From Neoconidiobolus thromboides FSU 785 (lineage: Eukaryota > Fungi > Entomophthoromycota): 64,000 nucleotides of DNA. The DNA lies in contig MU626272.1 of the NCBI GenBank assembly GCA_025603075.1, positions 1-64,000 on the forward strand, read 5' to 3'. Position numbers and translations under genes: made by a program. Under the pieces are notes generated by a model. That model saw nothing but the letters and a program-made list of their open reading frames with translations, was not told the origin of the DNA and ran no database searches. Below, in pieces: positions 50,172 to 62,597 of this stretch (positions are counted from its first letter, which is position 1; the number at the start of each line of letters is the position of its first letter).

Positions 50172-52552
50172 TCAATCTTTATCATCTTTTATTGCATATA
50201 ATTGGGAGGATTTATTTAAAATATGTTCAAAACTTGTATACCACTAAATATTATTAAATTGGTTATTGTGTGATTAATGTGAATAGTAATAATAGTTACC
50301 TGCTCAATGAATCCTTGCGATTTTAATTCTTCATAAATTTTTTTAAATTGAACATCAAAATCATTATCCTCATTTGTATGTTCTCTAACTAACTCTTGTA
50401 TTTCACATAATATGTTAAATTTAAAATGGAATAATTTATGATATATCACCACTCTAACTTTACAAAATTTTCCTACATTGTACTGCATCCCTGTTTGCTT
50501 ATTTGGGTTTGGGATCTAACTATTAATCGAGTCCATTATAATATTAATTAAAAAACTCACTTTTTGTAAATATTTTGGATCATAAAGTGGGCCACTAAGA
50601 TTCAGTTCAAACGTTGATTTACGTCCCCTTTTCTCACATGCTTCACACCCATCAAGTACAGTACAAAGTTGTGATACTTTTAAAATAGGAAAACGTTCTA
50701 CCCAACTCTAATCGATATTATAAAATTAATTAGAGAAATGGATCAAAATTACTTTAAAATCAGATTGCCATGCTGCACTTTGAACAAGGCTTGATCTATA
50801 ATCGTCTAGTTTATTAGCAATTGCTTTATAGCCTCTAAAGCTACCATCATCTCAAAAAATATTTAATACTTATAAAATATTTTTCTTATTTTTGTTATTT
50901 ACCTTCATGATATAAACCTTCAATGTATTCTAAATCAATACAATTTTTAATTAAAACTTGACAAAATAAATCAAAGCTGTCTTTTAAACTCATTGCTTTC
51001 ATAAATTCAGCTATAAATTATCAGCTATTATTAACAATAAACAAAATAAAATTACTAGGTATCTGAGCTAATGTAGCTGCTTCTTCTTCATCGGTAATAA
51101 CATCAACAACAAAATTATCTTCATTTGTTTCACTCTCAATAGATTCTTCTTCACTTTGTAAAGAGATAGTACTATCATCTTCGTTTTGATTATCTTTTTT
51201 GATTGTTATAGGTATTATTAAAATAAAATAACAACTCATTACTCTTTCTTCTCTTCATAGCTTCTTGAAACCTATTAATATGTTGACTATTCCTTGAGCG
51301 TAATCTGCTATCATAAACCCCTTTTATACGTTTAGTTAAACAAATTAATCAAAAAGTATAGTAAAATTTTTACTGTTTTTTTTTAAATCTTCTAAATCGT
51401 CTTCTAATTCTATCATAGTTAAACTTTAATTCTATTTATATTTGTTAGTATTATTTTCTTCACCTTTCTGAGAATTTTCGAAATAATTGTCACTATCATT
51501 TCCATCTTCATCATTACCAGCATTTTCCTCATCTATAATTATGAATTTAATTATAATCGACAACGAGCTAAAATATACATACCATCTTGTGGAAAAATTG
51601 TCTCATTTAAGTTATTTGATGACTCAATTTGATCTGCTTCCTCTTCCTCTTCATCCGAAGAATCGATGACTTTAACAATCAGTTTTCAGATCTTATTAAA
51701 ATTAGTTACTTACGGATAGTCCTTCTCCTCTTAGTTGTTGGCTTTATTATACTTTGTTGTGAGGAGTTCATTGTATTAATACCCGAATTTTGTCGATTGA
51801 TTATTTCTAATTAAAAGTTAGTATCCCTATTAATTAGTTGCTAATTAATTTTTTACCTTTAGAGATATTAAGTTCGGTTGAATTCTCATGACTTGACTCT
51901 ATGTTGGGTTCATTATTATTAGTAGAATCAGGAGCACTTTCTTTCCTAATTGATTCAAAATTGAAATGTTTTTCGCTAATCTCCTCATCATTTTTACTAT
52001 TTGTATTAGTATCAGATGGTTCGATTTTTATGACTTCATTAACGCTTCCTTTAATCTTTGGCTTAAGATTAAAAAATTTACTGAAAAAAGTTTCTTTGTA
52101 CTCTTTTCTAATTTTGTTAGATGACGAATCGTCTTCACTATTTTCTTTTTTGATATCACCAGGTATTAATTTGTCTTTATCATTCATTTCTTTTTTTTAC
52201 CTATAGTTAGCATCACTTATATTATTAAAATAATATTTTTTACTTTTTAGCTGGGTTTCCACATTATAGTTAGTGCTTGATTTATCCCCTTTGATGATAT
52301 TAATATTAAACTTAGTAATATTTTATCAATGTTACCATTAGTGCTATTAGGAGATCTATTAAAATTAATAAATTCATATACATTTATCAAGTAATTTTTA
52401 AGTACCTTCTTGCTGGTATTACGACTTTTAATTTCTTTGTTGGACTATTGTAAATTTACATTAGTGTTAAATCATTATTTATTAGTGATTTACATCTTAA
52501 CTAATTCATACACGTAGTTTTTATCGTCCTCTTTTTTATTCACTTCCTTCAT
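50172..52552 (-). CDS. CCDC82/DUF4211-like protein with an acidic disordered N-terminus, many exons; 5' end approximate
   Basis: C-terminal YRSSLVQSAAW...GCEACEKRGR...YNVGKFCKVRVVIYHKLFHFKF. Confidence 0.65.
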
Positions 52553-52903
52553 TGTTGACTAGTTATAAAAAGTAATGATTGATTTTATTTTTTCATTCTA
52601 TCTAAAAAATCAGGGATTTTTACCTATGACAGTAATTTTCAAGTAATGACTTAATGAAAAAAAACTTATTATCCATTAAAAGAAATAAAATTGAATCCTT
52701 TATATCAGTAATTATGACTCGATGATTGTTTGTTAAAAGTGAAAATAAATATCAATCTTAATAACAATAAAAAATATAAAGCAACTTTCAATATTTATTA
52801 TCGAGCATATCACAAAAACAAGCCACTTAACTCATCTTCCAAAATTCCATTGATTCCTTGAAACTCCCCAAATTACCTTATAAACAGATCAAACATAGAT
52901 AGT

Positions 52904-53616
52904 TTAGCGGAAGTGTTTAGCTTTAGGACTAAATAAGCTAAAATTTGGAGGATGCATCCCATGTTTAATACTTTGACGATGTAGTGTATTACCCTTTAAA
53001 GTACCCCTATCTACTCTTCTTGCCAATGTTTCTGGTTTATCAGTAGTAGGTATGACTACATCTTCCTTATAGTTAGTTAAAAAGGATTGAGCTTCTTCAA
53101 AAAATTCAGGGTCGAATACTCGGCTTGTTGTCTTTTTCTTTTTTTCTAATCTTTCAGCTTCTTTTTGATCCTATATATATTTAAATTAAAAATTAAAATA
53201 AATAAATATCATCTTACTTCTAAACCACCATTCCAGTTATTATCTCTTAAAAGACCTTGATAATTAATAGCTGTATCTAAAATGCAAGACCACATTTCCA
53301 ACATGGTATCACTTTGAGTAACATTAGTTTGAAGTTCTCGAATCGAAGTTTGCATCTTTTCAAGTTCCATATCCATTTGGATAGCAAACTGATTTAAGCT
53401 TTTGACCTGTGTTAGTTCTTTTTCTAAAAACTCAATTTCTTCATCCACTTTTTTAATCACATCTGGTACATTTAGCCCTATAAACTCTTCCAATTTTTCA
53501 CTGGTGCCATATCGCTCAATATCTAATAATTGTCCGATTCGACTATCTTGCATATTAGCTTCTGAAAAATTCCTTTCTGCATTAATCCTTTTAGTATAAC
53601 TTTCATAATAACTCAT
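52904..53616 (-). CDS. DUO1: DASH/Dam1 complex subunit Duo1-like, 2 exons
   Basis: ELQTNVTQSDTMLEMWSCILDTAINYQGLLRDNNWNGGLED fits the Duo1 core pattern (V..S..LL..W..IL......Q.L.....W.G...D). Confidence 0.65.
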
Positions 53617-54390
53617 CTTCCTAGAGACTTTTTAAACGAAATTAAATTTAAAAAATATAATCCAGTTGAGCTGAGATTGAAGTGTTGTTTTTGCATTCAA
53701 TTTAGGTTGAAAATTTGCAGTGCTTTTAATATTTTTTATTTTTAAACTAGAAATTGGGTCCAATGTTAACAATTTGCTGATTAAAATAGTAATGTCTTCT
53801 AGTATATATCAATAAAGCTTAAGGAGCCTTTTCCCTCTATAAACTATCATAGATTTAGTAAATTAGTCCTCCGGATGGGATTACAATGAGTTAAAGATCT
53901 TTAATGGCATAAATGGTGTTTTTGTGTGGCGTTTATGAACAATGTATGAATAGTTTACCATATTTAAAGATTTCAGTAGTTTGAAGAAGATTGGCTGGTT
54001 ATCAAATTAAACTTTTAGGAGCTGCTTATATTGAGAGGCTTATTGTAATTAAGGCACAAAGTTAAAGTAAGAACTTGAAATAAAAAGAATGCAAGCTACT
54101 ACTAAATCAGTTTTTTTTACAAAATTTGTAACAAATTTACAATTTAGTTGTAAAGAAATTAGTAAAGAAAGTAAAGTAACAAGGCAGTTAAAAGGTGACT
54201 TTAAGCTTTATGCTAATAATATTGTAAATAAAATCCCTATGAATGAATTTTGAAGCTTGATTGGAATTTATTAATTTTTTTTTCATTTTGATTTAGCTTG
54301 GAATTTAAAATTTGTTAAAATTTCAAGGCTTCAAAAAGTAGAAATTTTTAAATTTTTAAATTTTTAAATTAATTTCACATTAAAAAAAAC

Positions 54391-54993
54391 ATGTCCAAAA
54401 CAAAATTCAAAAAAACACAAACACCTCAAACTAATAAAAAAAAACAATGTATTTGTTGTCAACAAGAATTTGAACTAACTTTAGCAAAAAGATTATGTAA
54501 TCCTATATCTACAATTAAGATTCATACCGATGGCTCTTATTATGTAAGAGAAAAACAAAGTATTGGTTGTGGTATTGGGGTATATTTTGGTAAAAATAGT
54601 AAATTGAACGTAGCTGCTCCAATGCATTTTATCACCAATGTAGGACCTAGAAGTATTACTAGAGCTGAATTATCAGCCACTTTATTAGCATTGAGAATCA
54701 TGAGTGGGTTTCCTGAGAAAATTGAAATAATCACGGATTCGGAATATATAATCAAAAGTATACCAAAGTTGAATAGTTGGTTAATTAGACAATGGAGAAA
54801 TAGCAATGGAAAAAAAATCGTTAATTGGGATTTATTTGAATTGATTTATTTATGCTTGTTAAAGTTAAATGTACAATTTACTCATGTGAACGCTCATAAA
54901 AAGAATATTGATAACGATATGGCCGATTATTTAGCTAAGTTAGGGGCCAATGAAGATATTGGGTTTGAGTATTTAAAGCCAGTTAGCTTTTAA
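54391..54993 (+). CDS. Stand-alone ribonuclease H (RNase HI fold), intronless, 200 aa
   Basis: HTDGS, GIGVYFG, RAEL, ITDSEY, WRNSNGKKIVNWDL and HVNAH...NDMADYLAKLGA; D-E-D-H-D catalytic residues intact. Confidence 0.9.
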   Translation: MSKTKFKKTQTPQTNKKKQCICCQQEFELTLAKRLCNPISTIKIHTDGSYYVREKQSIGCGIGVYFGKNSKLNVAAPMHFITNVGPRSITRAELSATLLALRIMSGFPEKIEIITDSEYIIKSIPKLNSWLIRQWRNSNGKKIVNWDLFELIYLCLLKLNVQFTHVNAHKKNIDNDMADYLAKLGANEDIGFEYLKPVSF

Positions 54994-55389
54994 TAATTGT
55001 TATTATAAAGAAATAGAATAAAACTCAAATTAATTTCAATAAAAATGAATAGTAACTTTAATTTAAATAATAATAATGATAATGATAAAATAAAGAAGAC
55101 TATAACTGGTTCAACTTGGTTATACTTATTTCTGGAGAAGGTATATCTTGTAATATTTTATACTACTAACTAATTAATATCCTTATTAATTATGTTATTA
55201 TTAACTTACTGGGCTAATAACAATATTTTCATTCGAGTTGCTTTGTTCTAAATTAGAATCAACTAATTTTAACTATAAATAAATAAATAAATAAATAATT
55301 CTATTTGTATATTTTATAGTAATATTAAACTACATTATTATTAGTTTCTTGATCCTAAATGAAAAAAATTAACATTCTATTCAATGTCT

Positions 55390-55924
55390 TTACTTTAAAA
55401 TACTTACTTCTTCGCTATTTTCTTCTACTTTATCCTCTTCTTCCTCTTTCTCTTCCTCTTCATCAAAGTTAGAAATACTGAATCCTTCATTAGGTAAATT
55501 TAGTTCCAATTTTAAATTATCAAATGTGGGCGTATTATCATCACTCGCTTTATTGATTTTGATCTATAATTTACATAAGTATAGTTCAAAATATCAATAT
55601 CAACATTCAAATTTTTACCTGCTCATCCACCAAATTAGCTAACCTTTGTAATTCTTCGTCTTTAACTAATTCTACATTTGATTGTACTTCTTCTTCGAAT
55701 TGAAAAACACTAACTTCCTCTTCTTCTTCTTGATTTAAAGTTTTAATTGAATGACTGCTATATCGACGATCTACTTTATTCCCTCTATTCATACTATCCT
55801 CTTGTAATAAACGTTCAAACTCTAAGTCATCCATAGCATCAATAGCTTCATAATGTTGATTTCTTACAATTTGATTATTAAAGGAAGACTCTTTTGGTCC
55901 CATACATGCCATACAATTTCCCAT
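55390..55924 (-). CDS. Small acidic hypothetical protein with an N-terminal MGNCMAC acylation motif, 2 exons
   Basis: ORF 55607-55924 splices to a downstream acidic exon ending EEVSILK*. Confidence 0.6.
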
Positions 55925-56199
55925 TTTATATTGTTCTTTTTAATATTAGTGGTGTTGATGGTAAAATGGAAAAGCTAGTTGATTTTTTTTCAAAGTCACA
56001 ATTTTTATGCTTGAATCATCTAACTCCACTATTATTAAATATTTTGGGCCAAACTCCTATTTTTAATAGTTTTTATCAAAATGTGTGCTTAATCTCAACC
56101 TTCAATTTTACCAATAAAATAACATTTAATTTTAACTAAATAAAAAAACAAGCATCTTAAAGTGTATTAAGTATAAAAGCTTGATTAAAAAATAAAGAA

Positions 56200-56631
56200 A
56201 TGCAAAGTAAACAGACTTCAATAAAGATGTTCAAAATAAACTTATATTTTTTAGATACGACAACAAACTCGGAAGAAACGAATGGTTTGATAAACAATGC
56301 TAATAGTATCAATGATCGGTATACTAATAGTAATACGAACAAAAAAATATCTAGTAGTTTTTCGTTAGCAGCTAAAAGTGTAACGGATCTCTATCGAGAA
56401 GCGCACCAGCAACAAAAAATAGCTTATAAAAAAGGATATGAACAATGTTTAAGAGATATGGTGAATTTTGTTAATGAACAATTAAGGTTACAAAATGAAA
56501 CTTCTACTCGTGGTTTTGATACCCCTTTTATTGCTTTAAATCAATTAGAATCTTTTACCAGTGAAAGGTTGACTCAGATTTATAATGAAACTAATAATAA
56601 TCAAAATGACGAGGAAGGATTTATGGAATGA
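56200..56631 (+). CDS. HAPSTR1/DUF4588-like protein
   Basis: SSSFSLAAKSVTDLYRE...AYKKGYEQCLRDMVNFV; a probable short in-frame intron after MQ gives MQNTTTN. Confidence 0.6.
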   Translation: MQSKQTSIKMFKINLYFLDTTTNSEETNGLINNANSINDRYTNSNTNKKISSSFSLAAKSVTDLYREAHQQQKIAYKKGYEQCLRDMVNFVNEQLRLQNETSTRGFDTPFIALNQLESFTSERLTQIYNETNNNQNDEEGFME

Positions 56632-56889
56632 ATATGCAGTGATAATGAATACGTCTTTATAAGCTTATTAAATTGTATTAATTTAAAATAAACTATTTTT
56701 TATACCAAGGTAAATTAAAGTCACTTTTTTAATTGCTTTGTTTTATCATAGAATGTATAGTCAAGAAAAGATTATCAATCAAACAATAAAATTAAAAAAA
56801 TATCAACCATGTTGTCATCATTTAATTGAATTTTGATTAAAATAAAAAAAATGTTAATCTTTTATCTACTTTAAATCGATGTTTATTTT

Positions 56890-57294
56890 TTAATGATGGT
56901 GCTGATGGTTACTTTCTTTTTGTACTCTTTCTAAATAAACACTAGATATTAAGTTCCAAGCTTCCATATAACGCTCAGTGCATTTATTAACACAAGTCTA
57001 AAAAAAAGTCGAATTAAAAAAATTATATATTGAAAAGCTTTCAAAAATTAAATCTACCTGTTCAGCTGAAGAAAAAGAAGTACCTGGTACAGGTATACAC
57101 ATTTTGAAACATTTATCGTTAAGTTTCTATATTTTGTAATAGAATTTCATAAATATTCTATTTAAAAAGCTATTAAATAAACTTACAGTAATCAATTCTT
57201 GAACATTAGCCATAGCAAATTCACCCTTTAATTGATCCATAATTTGTTGTTTTTTATCATTATCGGCACCTTTGTTTCCACCAAAAAAGCTCAT
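56890..57294 (-). CDS. TIM13: Small TIM chaperone Tim13, 3 exons
   Basis: AMANVQELIT-KLNDKCFKMCIPVPGTSFSSAEQ-TCVNKCTERYMEAWN, a twin CX3C motif. Confidence 0.9.
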
Positions 57295-57726
57295 CTTTGA
57301 TTTTAGGTTTCTATTTGTATATCTGTTTTTAATACAAAAAATTGAAATACACAAATTGTATTTCTTTAAATCTTTTCAATTTTCAAAAATAGTCTTTAAA
57401 TCTCCCAATCAAATCAACTCTTTTTGCTATGATTTATCTGCAAAAGTAGTTAAAATAAGGGAGTTTGCAATCTACAAACAGAGAGATATTCCTACTTTTA
57501 TAATTCCAACTTCATAATGAATAAGTTAACTTTTCAAATTAATTCCATTTAAGTGCCATTTACTTTAATAATTTTTTCTCTTTGATTTATTATAATTAAA
57601 ACAATTCATTATTCATAGCTACTTTTAAAATAATAATTTCAAAAAAAAATTCAAAAATAATTCAGTTATTTATAATGATAGCGAAAAAATAACTTAAATC
57701 TTTATTAAAATCCCATATAACACTTA

Positions 57727-60700
57727 TTAAATACACCTATAACACGCCACATTAATCCAAGGATCCCTTTTACTAGCTCTTTCTTGTTTATTTTCCACCA
57801 TATAAGAAATTGCCCATTGGCCTCTTTCCCTTAAAGTTACATTAGCTACATAACCTTGATCTCCAGGATAATAAACAAATTTATGAATTTTCATTGAAGG
57901 AGATCTTAATGCTAATTTAAAATGATATGATTCTAATATAGATGGTAACACATGAAATCGATAATTTATGTTATACAGTAAATCAAAATTAACAGGTTCT
58001 ATTATAAAAAACTGCTTTGGGCTTGGTAACAATTTAACAAATTCTTCAGGTGATTTATGTCCGTTATGTTCTAATTTTATAGAAAAACAAAAAGGTAATT
58101 GATATTTTGATGATTCTTTTGGATACCCACAGCGTACTTTTAATATTGCTCTATTCTCTTTACCTTTAATTCGTATCATTATTTTACAATACCTTCCATT
58201 TTCTCTTGATTTACATTGTACTAATGGTAAAAATTTTTTAAAATTGGAATTATTTTTAAACTCAATTGTTTCGATTTCAGCAGAACATTGCATATCTTGT
58301 GGTATCATTAAATTTAATTCACCTGTTTCATCTTCATTAACTGTAATTAAACTTTCTGGTAAATCTAACATCTTAATACCATAATCAAAGAAATGAGATG
58401 TAGCAAATGGTAGTAATTGAAATAAGGAATAAGTTATTGTTGGTTTTAAATACTGATATTTTTCTAATATTGGAAAATGAGTGAATATCATTTTACTTGG
58501 ATTCGTTAAAAAATAAAATTGGTCTAATTTTTTACTTAAGTTAAAAATATGTGTTGATACTGCTAACCCACAATCTATTAATCTATAATATCCTTGTATT
58601 TTAACTATTAAAATAAAATATAAATAAATATTATATTGTTATTATTATAATTATATATTATTATATGACAATTACCTGAATTCCAAGCATGGTTAATAAC
58701 TGGGGTTTTATCCAAATCATATGCATTATTAGGATCTAATATTAAAACATAATTTAAAATTAAAACATAAATATGCTGATTACAATGTAATTTTAATTTA
58801 CCTTTTAATACACCTTCAATAACTTCACATTCTAAACCAGCACAATAAATCATTGCTTTGAACAAATTAGCAAATCCAAACTTTTTACATGAACCTCTAA
58901 TTAACACTGCTTTAGCAGATTCTGAATATTCTGTATTATTATTATCTTCTTCATCTTCATCTTCACTATTTAAACTATCGCTATTACTACTACTACTATT
59001 GTCACTATTATTATTTTCACTATTATTATTATTTTCTTCATCGGAATTATTATTTTCTTCATCAGAAGAATCTAATAAATTAATAGGAGATTGATTATCA
59101 TAATGAATATTATTAGTAATCCAAGTAAATATTGCCCGTATTTTTTGCCAATCATACTTTAAACCAACTACTATATTTTGATTAACCAATTCTTCTATTG
59201 ATATTTGTTTATTATATTTAATTGTTTGCACTTTTACATCAATTTCTTCGAAATCACTTTCTATTAATTTAAATATTATATCACATTTAGCATATTACTA
59301 TTACATTATTATATATTATTCTTACCATCAAAATCAAATCCATCTGCTTCTTTATCAATTACAGGGACTGAAGCACTAAAATGATTTATTTAATATTATT
59401 TAATTATAATTTAAAATAATATTATGTTTACCTTAATAATTGAATGCAGTTATTAACTTTTATTGGCTGGAATTTAGAACTGTTTCTTTTAAATACTTTA
59501 TCTAATAATAATAAAATCACATTAGTATTTTATTTTATAAAAAACAATACTATTTTAAGTTTACTATTTAATTGATTATTGTTATTATTCCCGATTCTAA
59601 AACTTTCTTTTACTTTTAATATTGGATTTTTAATTTGAGGTTTGTCAGATAATGGAGATGGTACAATTGGTGAGAAATCTTTTGATTGATTTAATGTTAA
59701 AAATGGTTTCGGCGATCTTAAATAACTTTCTGTTAATCTTTTACTTGCTTTTTCTTTACTCAATCTAGGTGGGGGCAATGGGGATCCAGGTCCTGTTTCT
59801 TTATGTGATATATTATTATTATTATTATTATTATCATTTCCATTGTTCATTCTTAATTTATTAAAATTATTCATTTTTTCTTCTAATACAGTTGATGTGT
59901 GTAATGTTTTTGCTATTCCTTTATTATTATTTGCAATATTGTTTAGATTTTCCTCAGTTACTTTTAGAGTAATATCCGCTAATAAAGCATCTAAATTCTC
60001 TTGACTATCTGCTTCTTCTAAATCTAGTATTTCATTTTCCTCATATTCTTTCTTTGCTTTTTCCGCCTTCCTCTCTTTCTTTTCCACTTTCCTTTCTTGT
60101 ATTATTCCATTTTCTTCTTGTTTATTATTATTATTAGTATCAATACCTCTTTCGTTTTCTATTTCCATTGATATATTATTATCCATCCATTGATTAATAC
60201 CCAACATTTCTGTATTTGGGCTATCGTTTTGATGAGGAAATAATCCTAAATGATGAGAAGAAGCAATAGGAGGAGTCCCAAAAGTTAAATGATGTCCTAA
60301 GTCGTCCCTTTTCTTTTTAGAAGGTAAACGAGGTAAGGGTTTCCTTGGAGTAGATAAATTACTATTAGTGTAAATAGCAGGAGATGCTTGATAATAGTAT
60401 TGGTTATCATAACCAGGTTCTGTAAGATAATTATAATCATATTGATTATATTGTTGATTAGGATCATAATAATAATAATCTTGGGGAAGTTGAGAGTGTA
60501 ATAGTGGCTGTGATTGGTGTGGATAATAATGAGCTGGATTATTATTATAATAATCATAATGAATATCCTGTATTGGTGGTGTAGTACTTTCATATTCATA
60601 ATAATAGTCATAAGGATTATTTGAGTTGTAAGCTGCTGTTTGCTCATACATTGAATGTCTATTATTAATATTATAATAATTTTGATTATCATAATATATT

Positions 60701-61038
60701 TGCTGTTGTGGTTGTTGTTGTTGTTGGTAACCATTATCATAAACTTCTCCATTGTCCGGGTGCATCATCATAGGTTGATAATAAGGCGATTCACTATTAA
60801 TATAATAGTATTGTTCATAGAAATAGTCATTATTCGTGGGCATTGATTGTGGTCTTGGACTTTTCTCAGGTTTTTTTTCCCTTGCTCTTGGTGTAGGTAG
60901 TGGTCGGCTATTACTTCTCCCTACTCGTTGGGTTGATTCAACACTATGAGTTTTATGCTCTGTATCTGCCATAGCTAATAATATTTCTTCTAAATTTAGA
61001 TCAGATACACTCTGTCGTCGTTGGCTTTGAGAGTCCAT
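57727..61038 (-). CDS. Cyk3/KY/hillarin-like transglutaminase-domain protein, multi-exon
   Basis: KIRAIFTWITNNI, GFANLFKAM..AGLECEVIEG, HAWNSVKIQGYYRLIDC, FYFLTNPSKMIFTHFP...YQYL and Ig-like C-terminal repeats. Confidence 0.8.
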
Positions 61039-61440
61039 TTTATTAATTGTATTGTTCTATTACTATTACAGTTTAATTTTTTTGAAAGATTACAAAATTC
61101 AAATTTTTTGATTTTTGATTTATTCATGTGTTGACTACCAATAAAATGAATGATCAAGTTCTCTGAACCCACGTTTTTTTAACAACTCATCATTAGATTA
61201 CTATCTTAAAAATTACTATTTATGGTAAAATAGTACAAAATAGAAAACTTATATTACTTTTATTACATTATACCAATACAATAACAGTGAAAAGTATAAT
61301 TAATAGAAACAAAGGAAGCATTAATCAAATAAGTGAATCGTTTCTAACATATTAAAGAAAATATAAAAAAGTATATTAGATACCATTATTTTAAAAGTAT
61401 ATTAGACCTTTCCTTTCTTTATACCTTCTGATCAGATTAT

Positions 61441-61538
61441 GAGGATGTTTTTTTAGTTTTATCACTTTTTCTATTTTTCAAGCCCTATTTGAGTGAAAAG
61501 GTTGTTGATAAAATCCTTAAACAAAAAGATACATCCCC
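61441..61538 (-). mobile_element. MITE copy K, Sola-like
   Basis: GAGGATGTTT...ATACATCCCC with a perfect TTAT/TTAT TSD. Confidence 0.88.
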
Positions 61539-61771
61539 TTATTATAAACTTAACTCCGGCAATATTTTATTTTAATTTCAAATATTTCAAATATTTCAAA
61601 TAGTATTAATATAAATGTACTTTTCTATTATCTTTTCTTATAACATCTGAACTTAGGTAAATCTCCAATAAATTGGGTGTAATATTAAGTCTCATTTATC
61701 ATTTCTTTTTATTATAAATGCTATTAATAATTCATAAGATAGTTTTTATTTAATATAAAATCTTAATTTTT

Positions 61772-62448
61772 TTATTCTTCTTTCCTATCAAAAGTACCAC
61801 TTTTCCCGCCAGATTTATGTATTACCATCACATCAAAAATTACTGCTTTAGGATCCACTGCTTTACACATATCAAAAATGGTCAATGCGGCAATTGTAAC
61901 TGCCATTAAGGCTTCCATTTCCACACCAGTTTTACCACTACATTTCACCATACTAATAATTTTAATTATTCCAAATATATCTTCTTTCTTATTTTCTATT
62001 TCAATTTCAATCTCGATTTTATCTAATGATATATTATGACATAGAGGTATTAATCCACTAGTCGTTTTTGCCCCTTGGATACCAGCTATTTGGGCAACAG
62101 TTAATACATCCCCTTTTTTATTTTTTTTATATAAAACTTCTTCACTATTTGGATCTCTTATCTGTTCCATAGCTTCTTTACTTAATCTTATTTTAGCTTG
62201 GGCTTTAGCTATTCTTTTACTTTGAATTTTATCACCTACATCCACCATGGATGCTCTACCTGTATTTGGATCAATATGACTTAATATATTATTTAGTCTT
62301 TTTGTCGAATAGAGGCGTAATTGTGAAATATTAGTTCTTATCGGAAAGAATGAATAATTGGAACTGCTTGATTTGTAAGTTTCATTAGACTTAGATGGCT
62401 CCAAATGAGATATACAAGAGTGAACATGAGTAACAGGAAGTAATAAAT
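61772..62448 (-). CDS. MOCS1: MoaC/MOCS1B cyclic pyranopterin monophosphate synthase exon, likely translated as a fusion with upstream MoaA
   Basis: LSHID..GRASMVDVGDK, KKGDVLTVAQIAGIQGAKTTSGLIPLCH, GKTGVEMEAL, DMCKAVD and KSGGKSG; no ATG upstream of the MoaC core in this exon, and an AG acceptor at 62449. Confidence 0.92.
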
Positions 62449-62597
62449 CTATTAAAATTAAAAATAAGCTAACTTAATAATAATAAACTATAAATAGAAT
62501 GATTTAATGAGAATTGTATTATTATGCTATTATGTATTATGTGTTATATATTGTTATTATTATATTATTATATTAATATTCTACATTAATTTTATTA

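Noticed and set aside
53700-55000. RNase H as part of an intact LTR or LINE retrotransposon
   Set aside because: No RT, integrase or gag ORFs, no LTRs and no poly(A) tail with TSD in the flanks.
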